Positions 7,295-14,511 of a stretch of 14,511 bases of DNA are shown one piece after another. Position numbers and translations under genes: made by a program. How positions within the stretch are numbered: position 1 is the first letter of the stretch; every line of letters starts with the position of its first letter. This stretch comes from a virus. Taxonomy: Duplodnaviria > Heunggongvirae > Uroviricota > Caudoviricetes. Under the pieces are notes generated by a model. That model worked only from the letters and a program-made list of their open reading frames with translations. It had not been told where the DNA came from and ran no database searches. The stretch spans positions 1-14,511 of the IMG/VR virus record IMGVR_UViG_2579778535_000016, one strand, 5' to 3'.

Positions 7295-7319
7295 AAAAAA
7301 ACCCGACGCTAAGGTCGGG
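7295..7319 (-). terminator. Rho-independent terminator (CCCGAC-CUUAGC-GUCGGG followed by a U7 tract on the minus strand)
   Basis: GC-rich 6-bp stem followed directly by seven T on the transcribed strand, between the stop of the 200-aa gene (7340) and the tailspike start (7283). Confidence 0.7.
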
Positions 7320-7339
7320 CTGTGGTGACGGGAATTGTG

Positions 7340-7942
7340 TTATGGGTAAATCAGATCGCTATACTCAGAAAGTGTTATTGCTGTACCACCTTGTCCATCA
7401 GGTTGTTTGGCGGTAATTGTCCATTGTCCTGCATCAAGTTCCTCTGATGTGGCAATCACATATCTTGATGGAGACTGCACATCGAAGCCGTCGTAAAAGT
7501 TGAGTGATATGTCAGGAATTGCGGCTGTAAAACCAAAAGCCGTATCTGTTCTCGCAGAGGCGGGATAACGCGCTGTTGTGGCACCCATTGAGTCCGTAAC
7601 CTGAACATACATCGAACCTGAAAAGTTAATCCTTTCACTGGTTTCGAAGTTGTTACCATTGCGGGAAACGATATACCCGGCCTGCTGATTGGTATCGTAG
7701 GTATCAGGAACCTGAACCATATCACCGATATCCATGGAGTTGGCATAACCAGCCAGTTCAGTGAACGCCGAGCCAGTTTTGGATGTACTCTGATCGAGGT
7801 TATCCATTCCCTTGCCTGACTGCTGGGCGGCAACGTCAAGTTTATCCAGAGCATCAATGGCCTGTTTCCCGCCCTGTAGCAGCGGCTCAACGTCGGCGCT
7901 GATTTCATAAACGATGCTACCGGCGTTCTTCTCACCTGCCAT
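7340..7942 (-). CDS. Phage tail-region structural protein, function unassigned, 200 aa
   Basis: ATG with GGAG RBS; protein-like composition, whereas the overlapping alternative-frame ORF 7456..7947 is R/W/P-rich junk. Position between tail genes and tailspike. Confidence 0.55.
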   Translation of the reverse strand: MAGEKNAGSIVYEISADVEPLLQGGKQAIDALDKLDVAAQQSGKGMDNLDQSTSKTGSAFTELAGYANSMDIGDMVQVPDTYDTNQQAGYIVSRNGNNFETSERINFSGSMYVQVTDSMGATTARYPASARTDTAFGFTAAIPDISLNFYDGFDVQSPSRYVIATSEELDAGQWTITAKQPDGQGGTAITLSEYSDLIYP

Positions 7943-7954
7943 GTCATTCTCCGT

Positions 7955-8626
7955 TTATTTCTTTGCTTTTGCTCTACGGGCAGCCTGTTTAGCCAGGTAT
8001 TCGTCGGCGATATTGTCGTACTCTTCTCGCGTGAAGCCTTTCTGGTCAGGGTATTTCGCCGCCAGCAGCATCTGGAACTCGGTCATCGTTAACTGAGATG
8101 CTTCGGCGCGGTTCATTTCAAAATGACTACGCGCGGCACTGATGTAATCGAATGCTTTAAATTCGTTCGTTTTCGCTCCGGTTTCATGGCGCTGCAACTG
8201 GCGAATCTTGGCCTTTCCGACAACGCCATGCTGCATTAGGTGCTGCGCCAGCACGATGATGTCGTTCTTCGGCATTTGCCCGGGTCGGTAAACGACACAA
8301 TGCTGCCACCCCTTCCACTCGCCGATCATTGGCGTCAGGTCCTCATCGCAGCACGCCTGCAGCACCAGCATGCACGTTGATAACAACTTCTCAGCGGCGC
8401 GATTTAATGATGGAGATAGCCAGACAGGAAAACGACCCAGCGTGCCTGCACACATCTCAATGAGCTGAGCGACATCATTTCCGTGGATGGTGGCGTACGC
8501 TTGCACAATCTCTTCCGGAGTGCCGATCTTGGTCATGGCCTCGAATGAAGGCCGTAGCAGGTAATCTTTGCCTCCCTCACGGCTGTCGCTGATAGAGAGT
8601 TCGCCAATATCGGTTAAAGCGGTCAT
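7955..8626 (-). CDS. Phage protein, possibly a tail assembly chaperone, 223 aa
   Basis: ATG with GGAAGG RBS, directly downstream of the major tail protein gene; lysine-rich C-terminus. Function inferred from position only. Confidence 0.5.
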   Translation of the reverse strand: MTALTDIGELSISDSREGGKDYLLRPSFEAMTKIGTPEEIVQAYATIHGNDVAQLIEMCAGTLGRFPVWLSPSLNRAAEKLLSTCMLVLQACCDEDLTPMIGEWKGWQHCVVYRPGQMPKNDIIVLAQHLMQHGVVGKAKIRQLQRHETGAKTNEFKAFDYISAARSHFEMNRAEASQLTMTEFQMLLAAKYPDQKGFTREEYDNIADEYLAKQAARRAKAKK

Positions 8627-8683
8627 AGGCCTTCCAGTGAACGGTCATTATCAAGGGCAGCACGCCGCCCTTTGGAATACCCG

Positions 8684-9427
8684 TTAGCTGACGGTAACCG
8701 TATGCACAGCTACGAAGTTGCCGTCTTCGGTATTGATGATGATCTGCGCACTGCCTGCTGCAACGCGGTTCACTGTGACAGTGGTGCCGGAAGCGGTAGC
8801 AGTGGCTTTTGTTGGATCGGTTGATGCGACGGTGAAGTCTTTATTAGTTGCGCCAGTAGGTGCGATATTCACAGTGAAGGTGCTGGTACCACCAGCCGCG
8901 CCAGTGCTGGTTGCCGGAGTTACCGTCACGCCAGTCACAGCAACTGCGGTGATTTCATTCACTTCAATAGTGCTCGCATCGCCGACTTTGAACTCGGTGG
9001 AGAACGTGACGATGTCGTTGGTACCACCGTCAGAGCTCAGCGCCGTGATGTTCATGTAGCCGATAAATTCGACAGGGCCGTAGTCCATGCGAACCCAGAT
9101 CCCGGGCTGGCGCTTGGCCTTCAGCTCATCAGCGAAATACTTGATGAACTTGCCGACACCGTACTGATCCAGCTTGTCCTTCTTGCGCACTTCGCCTTCA
9201 AAGCTCAGGGTGAAATCACTGTTGGTGATGATGGTCTCGACATAGCCGCCGCCGTCATCCGCATCAGAGGTAACCGAGTTCGGGTTGAAGTCGAAGCCTT
9301 TCGACGTACCAGCAGCCAGCGCCATCCACTCAGCTTCGAGTGGTTTGACGTCCGGGCAGCCATCGGCGACTTCCAGCACGACCGCACCGCCGAACAGGCG
9401 CTCGTTCGAGTTCTGGCAATTAGCCAT
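8684..9427 (-). CDS. Major tail (tube) protein, lambda gpV-like, with C-terminal Ig-like (Big_2) domain, 247 aa
   Basis: C-terminal VTPATSTGAAGGTSTFTVNIAPTGATNKDFTVASTDPTKATATASGTTVTVNRVAAGSAQIIINTEDGNFVAVHTVTVS resembles the lambda gpV Ig-like domain. Strong RBS AAGAGGAG 6 nt before the ATG. Confidence 0.7.
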   Translation of the reverse strand: MANCQNSNERLFGGAVVLEVADGCPDVKPLEAEWMALAAGTSKGFDFNPNSVTSDADDGGGYVETIITNSDFTLSFEGEVRKKDKLDQYGVGKFIKYFADELKAKRQPGIWVRMDYGPVEFIGYMNITALSSDGGTNDIVTFSTEFKVGDASTIEVNEITAVAVTGVTVTPATSTGAAGGTSTFTVNIAPTGATNKDFTVASTDPTKATATASGTTVTVNRVAAGSAQIIINTEDGNFVAVHTVTVS

Positions 9428-9456
9428 GTGAAACTCCTCTTTGACGTATAAAAGAA

Positions 9457-9474
9457 AACCCGCCGGAGCGGGTT
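9457..9474 (-). terminator. Intra-operon stem-loop terminator/attenuator upstream of the major tail protein gene
   Basis: AACCCGC-UCCG-GCGGGUU followed by UUCUUUUAU on the minus strand, between the upstream ORF stop (9491) and the gpV-like start (9427). Confidence 0.55.
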
Positions 9475-9490
9475 ATTTGGTTGGGAATGG

Positions 9491-10149
9491 CTATTCGCCG
9501 TAAGTGCAGGCGAACTGGAGTCTGAAGACTATTCGCCCTTCTTCTGTGAGAACCGGCGCGGGGATTGCGCCCATGTTCTGGATGTAGCCGACGCAATCGT
9601 CAGCCATTGGGTTAGCCTGGACGTAATCGACGATACGCTGCACAGCGTTGAGCGCGTCTTTGCGCTTACCGGGATAAGTTTTACCAGCGCTGACTCGCCA
9701 AGGGATTTCACCAGCTTGATATCTACTGGTTCGTTCCACGACTTATTATCTTTCACCTGCAGCAGCAGCGCGGAGTAACGCCCAACCATATTGCGGCGGT
9801 CGGCATCCTTCACCTTCGGCCACAGCTTCTTCATGAACTTGGTAACTTTCTTTTCCCAGGCGTTTGTTTTCTCCGCTTCCTGCGCTTCATCACCGTCGAC
9901 AATGACCGGATAGTCCTGCCAGCAACCATCCAGCAGACGATGCACCACAGCAAAGCCAGCGGCGTTACGGCGGTACATGTTGTAGAAGTCGTTGAAGGTG
10001 ATCTCGCGCGGGTAGCCAAATTCCTGGTAAAGCGTCGGTCGCTTCGTGTTGCCGCCACCGATACCGATGGCATTCAGGTAATTCGCTCGCCGCATTTCAG
10101 TGGCGAGATTGTTCACAGCCATCTGCAGGCCGTTATCTTGTTCGCTCAC
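9491..10149 (-). pseudogene. Frame-disrupted phage morphogenesis gene directly after TerL (possible portal-region remnant)
   Basis: GTG start with strong AAGGAG RBS at 10149. The first roughly 155 codons look like protein, then the frame degenerates into S/T/R-rich sequence, while an overlapping frame (to 9491) becomes protein-like (..PWRVSAGKTYPGKRKDALNAVQRIVDYVQANPMADDCVGYIQNMGAIPAPVLTEEGRIVFRLQFACTYGE). Total length is far short of a portal. Confidence 0.45.
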
Positions 10150-10161
10150 TGGCGATGCTCC

Positions 10162-11634
10162 TTAGAAGAATACTGTGCCGACCTGCTTACGGTTGTTCTT
10201 CGTCACTGCGAAGTAACGGAAGCTGTCAGCACCATGCGAGGTGGCGTCATGGAGAGGTTTGTCTTTCCAGCAGCCGCGCTTGTCGTCCCATTCCTTCCGG
10301 TAGCCCTCAAGGTGAGAGATACCTTCCGAGCATTTATCCTCATCGAATACGCATTTCGGAAGGATTTCACGCGCCGACTCAATGCCAGTATAGATGCCAG
10401 CTTTCGGCACCACTTTGAAATTCAGTGAGTACATCTGACCGTCAATCTCGTAACCCTCGCGCGCCAGCTCTTTGCGTGACTTAGCATCAGCAGCGAACTC
10501 GCGGTTTTCGATGTCGTGCGGCCCCCAGTGCTCGCCATACTCATAGCCGCGGTCTTTCAGCACTTTCATGTAATGCCTCAGGCCCTCACCGGAGTTTTCG
10601 TAGTAGTCGATGATGTGGAACTCTTCGCCAACCTCGCGAACGAACCAGATCGCCGTGGAGTCACCCACACCGATATCCCAGAACGTGTGCACCGGGAGAT
10701 GCGAGTTATCCGGGATTTGGCCGATCCGCTTATTGGTGTAGAGCCAGCGGAACTGTTTGGCGTAATACGCGCCCTCGACAGATTGCTGGAACGCCTCGGC
10801 CGGAATGGTCGGGTATTCGCGCTTCATGTCGTCGCCGAGCGTTTTCTCTTTGGCGTAGTACCAGGCTTTCTGGCGATCGTTGACTACTACGCCGTGCTTC
10901 GCCTCCATCTCAGCGAAGTATTCCAGCAGGCGCACCGGCAGAGACTCGACCGGGTCGATTGCGTACTGCGGATTCTTCCACCAGGAGAAGAAGAAAAACT
11001 TCCAGTCCAGCGCGGATAACGGCTTGCCCTGCAGCAACGCCTTCTCTGCCGTCTGGCAGTAATCGAAGAAGTAACCCGCTCGGCCCTCTGCTGTGCTCTC
11101 GATGGTGGCGAAGCATCCGGTAGATACCGCCTCAAACGCACCAGTGACGATTTCACGGGCTTTGTCTGGATACTTGGCACATATCTTCCCGAACTCGGAA
11201 ACGTGCAGGTAACGCAACGTTCCGCCACGAAACGACGTACTGACGTATAGCGATCCGCCCTTCTTGAATACGAGCTCACCAGACGAATCATTGCTGGCCG
11301 GGTTGGCCGCCTTTATCTCTGCGGGCAACTTGTCGTATGCGTACTTTACCTTCTCGCGGAACAGACGTTTTGCGTCGTTCAGCGTGTGGGCGATCAGCGC
11401 GCACTTTGCTGACTCGAACAGGGCCGCGTCGAGCTGGATGATGCACACCTCGGTAGTGAATCCGAGCTGGCGTGCTTTCAGGATGATGTTGCGGGTGTGG
11501 ATCCCCTCGAAGTATTCCCGCTGCTCAGGCGTCATCCTGAAGCGCGTGGGCTTACCTTCTTTGTCGGTGATCCAGTAGAGATTGTTCAGCCGCCAGTCTT
11601 TATCGGACAGCAGCTTGATGTGCTCAGGTTTCAT
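10162..11634 (-). CDS. terL: Terminase large subunit, 490 aa
   Basis: N-terminal ATPase motif region (NIILKARQLGFTTEV), length and position after TerS; start ATG overlaps the TerS stop (TAATG). Confidence 0.9.
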   Translation of the reverse strand: MKPEHIKLLSDKDWRLNNLYWITDKEGKPTRFRMTPEQREYFEGIHTRNIILKARQLGFTTEVCIIQLDAALFESAKCALIAHTLNDAKRLFREKVKYAYDKLPAEIKAANPASNDSSGELVFKKGGSLYVSTSFRGGTLRYLHVSEFGKICAKYPDKAREIVTGAFEAVSTGCFATIESTAEGRAGYFFDYCQTAEKALLQGKPLSALDWKFFFFSWWKNPQYAIDPVESLPVRLLEYFAEMEAKHGVVVNDRQKAWYYAKEKTLGDDMKREYPTIPAEAFQQSVEGAYYAKQFRWLYTNKRIGQIPDNSHLPVHTFWDIGVGDSTAIWFVREVGEEFHIIDYYENSGEGLRHYMKVLKDRGYEYGEHWGPHDIENREFAADAKSRKELAREGYEIDGQMYSLNFKVVPKAGIYTGIESAREILPKCVFDEDKCSEGISHLEGYRKEWDDKRGCWKDKPLHDATSHGADSFRYFAVTKNNRKQVGTVFF

Positions 11635-12236
11635 TACGCCCCCTGAGACAGTGAATCCATCAGGTCAGACAGTTGCTTAACAGAGTTGTCACCTTCCGGC
11701 CCGTCGATATCGTAGGCCTGGCGCTCAAGACCAATCAGATTCTTCAGAGCGTCGCTCAGTGCCTTAACCGACTTAACGCGCTCCGGCATGCTGATGACCT
11801 TGTGGTAAATCTCGTTGAGCTTATCCTGACCTTTGTCGTCAGGGTCGAACATCAACTCTCCGAGCCTCTCCAGTGCGGCCACATCTGCGCACTCTGCGCC
11901 CAACTCATCAAACAGGGCGTTCGTTATCTGCCGGGCGCGCTTAATATCGCCGCGATGCTCCATGCGGACGTTGGCAATTACCTCAGCCGTCGCCTCGATG
12001 AGTACGCGTTCGTTAAAAGTGACTTCACTGCGTACCTGTTTGCGTACCTCGGCTTTGCGTACCAGATCGTCAGCGCGTTCTTTCACCTTCGCATTCAGGT
12101 CACGCGACCAGTCGTCACGCTTTGCGCGCTTACGGATAGCGCCTTCACTGATACCGTGTTGTGATGCTATTTCTCGGAGGGACATCACTCCGGCCCGGTA
12201 CGCCGTCTCGATGGCCTCCCAGTCCGGTTTGCTCAT
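11634..12236 (-). CDS. terS: Terminase small subunit, 200 aa
   Basis: N-terminal HTH-like segment (AGVMSLREIASQHGISEGAIRKRAKR), acidic C-terminus, translationally coupled to TerL; GGAG RBS. Confidence 0.75.
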   Translation of the reverse strand: MSKPDWEAIETAYRAGVMSLREIASQHGISEGAIRKRAKRDDWSRDLNAKVKERADDLVRKAEVRKQVRSEVTFNERVLIEATAEVIANVRMEHRGDIKRARQITNALFDELGAECADVAALERLGELMFDPDDKGQDKLNEIYHKVISMPERVKSVKALSDALKNLIGLERQAYDIDGPEGDNSVKQLSDLMDSLSQGA

Positions 12237-12239
12237 TCG

Positions 12240-12458
12240 TTACTCCGTTGTTTGTTCTTCTGGCTGTTCGGTCTGCTCTGCTGGTACTGGCGTGAACTCC
12301 ACGCGCTTAACGTCGGCAGGAGCAAAGTAAAGCCACTCGCCCGTCTCGGTCGCCAGCGGCACAAAGCCGTTAACCAGCTCAGGCTGACGTCGTGACATCT
12401 TGCCCGTGAAGGTTTCGCCTGTTTGGGTGGTTAACGTGATTTGGTAGATGTTGGACAT
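12240..12458 (-). CDS. Small hypothetical phage protein, 72 aa, acidic C-terminus
   Basis: ATG with AAGGG RBS; stop 1 bp from the TerS RBS region. No recognisable domain. Confidence 0.55.
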   Translation of the reverse strand: MSNIYQITLTTQTGETFTGKMSRRQPELVNGFVPLATETGEWLYFAPADVKRVEFTPVPAEQTEQPEEQTTE

Positions 12459-12778
12459 TGAGAATCCCTTTATCCGCTTGTGGGGATATCAGTTAAGTTA
12501 TCCCGTGTAGGGTATAAGCCATTGTCGAGACCATTCATTGAATGGCCTCTGCAATAACCGATGTCTTCATCAGTCCGCCACCACAAAGAATCTTTTTTGC
12601 CATAAGGCAAGAGATTCATCTTTCAGTGGCTGCCAGTGTTATTTCCCCACTTACTGGCTTGGGTTGTTTCGCGGTACTGCCGTAACTGGTGGTGCACAGA
12701 TTTAGTTAAATCCGTTCTCGCATGATCCAGCTTTTACATACCTGGATTGTGAGGGATGTAAATCACGGTTTCATTATC

Positions 12779-12800
12779 AAGCCCACCCGTAGATGGGCTT
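12779..12800 (-). terminator. Stem-loop (AAGCCCA-N8-UGGGCUU) 8 nt downstream of the Rha-family gene stop
   Basis: 7-bp stem read from the sequence; followed by A/T-rich sequence but no clean U-tract. Confidence 0.4.
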
Positions 12801-12808
12801 TGGAATGG

Positions 12809-13327
12809 TCACTTTGGCAGTCCGGGGATCGATATTTGCGCCTGCTGCTCAAGCCTTTCGATTCTTGCTATGAGTTGCGGTTTTTTGATCCTGCCCCAGC
12901 GGTTCAGCAAGCGTCCTGACATACTGGCAACATCCTTTTCCTTCATGAACTCCAGCATTAACTCGTTGTGCTCTCTTTGGTATGAGTGAGCCATCTCCAT
13001 CAGCCTGTCACGCATCCAATTAAATGCTTTGATAAACGCCTCTTTGATGGCGGCAGCTTTTTTGCCGGTAAACGACATGATGATGTACATCGCGCCGTCT
13101 TTGGAAATTTCATATTCAACATACTGATTACCCTTGTGTTCATAGGTAACCCGCGAAAAGTTGCTGGTTAGAAATTCATCCGAACAGTCTAGCTTTTCGA
13201 TTTTCTGAATGATGTGGTGATGCTGCTTGTCGAAGTAAGCTGCTACCTTGCGGGAGGTTGTGATCACGCGATCACCAGAAACAACCACCATGTCCCGGAA
13301 ATCGAGATTAGCCAATTGATGATTCAT
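12809..13327 (-). CDS. Rha-family phage regulatory protein, about 172 aa
   Basis: MNHQLANLDFRDMVVVSGDRVITTSRKVAAYFDKQHHHIIQKIEKL matches the Rha N-terminal domain. The track ORF extends to 13570, but the first 81 codons are non-protein-like; start placed at ATG 13325..13327 (AAAGG RBS). Confidence 0.7.
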   Translation of the reverse strand: MNHQLANLDFRDMVVVSGDRVITTSRKVAAYFDKQHHHIIQKIEKLDCSDEFLTSNFSRVTYEHKGNQYVEYEISKDGAMYIIMSFTGKKAAAIKEAFIKAFNWMRDRLMEMAHSYQREHNELMLEFMKEKDVASMSGRLLNRWGRIKKPQLIARIERLEQQAQISIPGLPK

Positions 13328-13669
13328 AGCGTCTTTACCTTTTAGAAAGTGAGCCTGTCTCACAGAAAAGCCGCCCGAGAGAGGTCGCCACCTATAACGG
13401 CATTTCTCAGGCTCGCTTACTGAAAGGCTCTCGTTAATATGCGCGTGAGATGCGCTGTGAAATTCAGATATAAAAAGCCCCGCGAATGCGAGGCTAAATC
13501 CTGGTATTTGTAATGAACTGGCTCTTATCTCAACGCAGCCCCTTACTGCGCGCCAGATGCTCAATATCAAGCATCAGCAATGAGATGTTTAATCTGGATT
13601 TACTCCAGAAGTGATCACCACCCTGTCTACAGAGCCAGATGTGAAGGATGATGAGTAAAATTATCGCTA

Positions 13670-14137
13670 TCATCGAAGGCATTGCGTCCTGATGTATTCC
13701 TGAAGCGTTCTCAGTGCTGTTTGGTCGCGGATAATTCCGTCCCGGACACCGAGAACGTTTCGTCCAGCAACTGGAGAGAGTTCGACGGTGGCATCATTGC
13801 CCATGCCGGAGGCGCCGGAGGTTTCGGCTGAGGATGGCACAGGGCATTTTCCTTTGACGAGCACCCTGCCACCATTATCAAGCTTGCGCCGAAGAGCATC
13901 ATTTTCAGCTTTCGCATCAGCTAACTCCTTCGTGTATTTAGCATCAAGTGCATCAGCAGTACGCTGGCGCTGCTGCATGTCAGTAATGGTGGCGGTCGCC
14001 TGCTTCAGTTCACTGGCCTTGTTATCGCGCTGTTCTTTATAGGTAATGGCGTTATCTCGGTAATGATTAACCGCCCATGACAGACAGACGATGATGCAGA
14101 TAATCAGAGCGGAGATAATCGCGGTTACTCTGCTCAT
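13670..14137 (-). CDS. Rz: Rz i-spanin (inner-membrane spanin), 155 aa
   Basis: [34 protein letters not shown]... is near-identical in pattern to lambda Rz; ATG overlaps the lysozyme stop (ATGA). Confidence 0.9.
   Translation of the reverse strand: MSRVTAIISALIICIIVCLSWAVNHYRDNAITYKEQRDNKASELKQATATITDMQQRQRTADALDAKYTKELADAKAENDALRRKLDNGGRVLVKGKCPVPSSAETSGASGMGNDATVELSPVAGRNVLGVRDGIIRDQTALRTLQEYIRTQCLR
13711..13917 (-). CDS. Rz1: Rz1 o-spanin lipoprotein embedded in the +1 frame of Rz, 68 aa
   Basis: [21 protein letters not shown]... with a lipobox (VAGC) and proline-rich stretch PKPPAPPAW, matching lambda Rz1 (MLKLKMML...VVGCTSK...PPPPPAW). Confidence 0.8.
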   Translation of the reverse strand: MRKLKMMLFGASLIMVAGCSSKENALCHPQPKPPAPPAWAMMPPSNSLQLLDETFSVSGTELSATKQH

Positions 14138-14511
14138 TGCTGCCCCCACAAACAGACTTCACGCTCAATCTCACGACGGGTCATCAGCCCTTTCCATTGC
14201 TTACCGCCAGCGTATGCCCAGCGACGTAGCTGGTCACATGCGCCCTTGATATCGCCCTGGTTGATTTTGCGAAGAAGCGTCGATGTTCTGAAATTGCCTG
14301 CGCCCACGTTATAGACGAACGAATAAAGAGCGCCGCGCGTTGTTTCCGGTATATCGACTTTGATGTACGGGTTAATTTGTCTGGCGACCGTGGCAAGGTC
14401 TTTATTCAGGAGGGCTTTGCATTCTGCTTCGGTATACGTTTTACCGGGAATGATGTCTTTTCCGGTGTGTCCGTGACATACAGTCCATACACCAACAATA
14501 TCTTTGTATGG
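14134..14511 (-). CDS. Phage lysozyme (T4-lysozyme family, RrrD/P21 R-like), 3' portion only; N-terminus lies beyond the window edge
   Basis: Minus-strand translation from the window edge reads [20 protein letters not shown]...LWGQQ and ends at TGA 14134..14136, overlapping the Rz start. Not in the ORF track because its start codon is outside the window. Confidence 0.85.
   Translation of the reverse strand, partial: PYKDIVGVWTVCHGHTGKDIIPGKTYTEAECKALLNKDLATVARQINPYIKVDIPETTRGALYSFVYNVGAGNFRTSTLLRKINQGDIKGACDQLRRWAYAGGKQWKGLMTRREIEREVCLWGQQ

Noticed and set aside
7456-7947. Alternative-frame 163-aa ORF overlapping the 200-aa tail-region gene
   Set aside because: Translation is R/W/P-rich and non-protein-like, and it lacks an RBS; the 200-aa frame has GGAG and sensible composition.
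7914-9387. ORFs 7914..8096 (+), 8718..9059 (+) and 9205..9387 (-) overlapping the tail genes
   Set aside because: Antisense or off-frame to better-supported CDSs; low-complexity translations.
9831-11578. Multiple overlapping ORFs on both strands within the TerL/portal-remnant region
   Set aside because: All overlap the TerL or upstream ORF in other frames or antisense; R/S/A-rich translations typical of GC-rich off-frames.
11673-12330. Plus-strand ORFs 11673..12164 and 11833..12330 overlapping TerS
   Set aside because: Antisense to TerS; serine/arginine-rich junk.
12722-13570. ORFs 12722..12919 (+) and 12986..13171 (+), and the 81-codon N-terminal extension of the Rha ORF (13328..13570)
   Set aside because: The plus ORFs are antisense to Rha. 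The extension is non-protein-like and lacks the Rha N-terminal signature, which begins at the internal ATG (MNHQL...).
13788-14396. ORF 13788..14042 (+) antisense to Rz, and ORF 14184..14396 (-) in an alternative frame of the lysozyme
   Set aside because: The real lysozyme frame is open to the window edge and matches T4-type lysozyme; these are frame shadows. The genuine overlapping gene in this area is Rz1, which is annotated.

Overview
This window reads as a mosaic, probably defective, lambdoid/P22-like prophage segment from an enterobacterial genome. All calls rest on reading the ORF-track translations and the sequence by eye; no database search or computation was run. Left to right: a P4-type tyrosine integrase (+ strand, starting at base 1); a LexA-box-controlled UmuD'-like (HumD-like) gene; a P22 immI-like module (mnt-like divergent from arc-like, Bro-N and Ant-type antirepressor genes) in which both antirepressor ORFs are broken (a -1 frameshift at a homopolymer tract, and an in-frame amber codon); a (CAGAGG)8 tandem repeat; an AT-rich family-3 acyltransferase (O-antigen acetylase-like) moron; a convergent 744-aa tailspike/tail fibre gene with an internal SGNH/GDSL esterase domain; then, all on the minus strand, a compressed late operon (two unassigned tail-region proteins, a lambda gpV-like major tail protein, a frame-disrupted morphogenesis fragment, TerL, TerS, a small hypothetical, a Rha-family regulator, Rz/Rz1 spanins and the 3' part of a T4-type lysozyme running off the right edge). 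No portal, capsid or full tape-measure gene is present between terminase and tailspike. No CRISPR array, tRNA or rRNA was seen. The points most worth follow-up are the acetyltransferase/esterase-tailspike pairing, the hexanucleotide repeat upstream of the acyltransferase, and the doubly inactivated antirepressor module.
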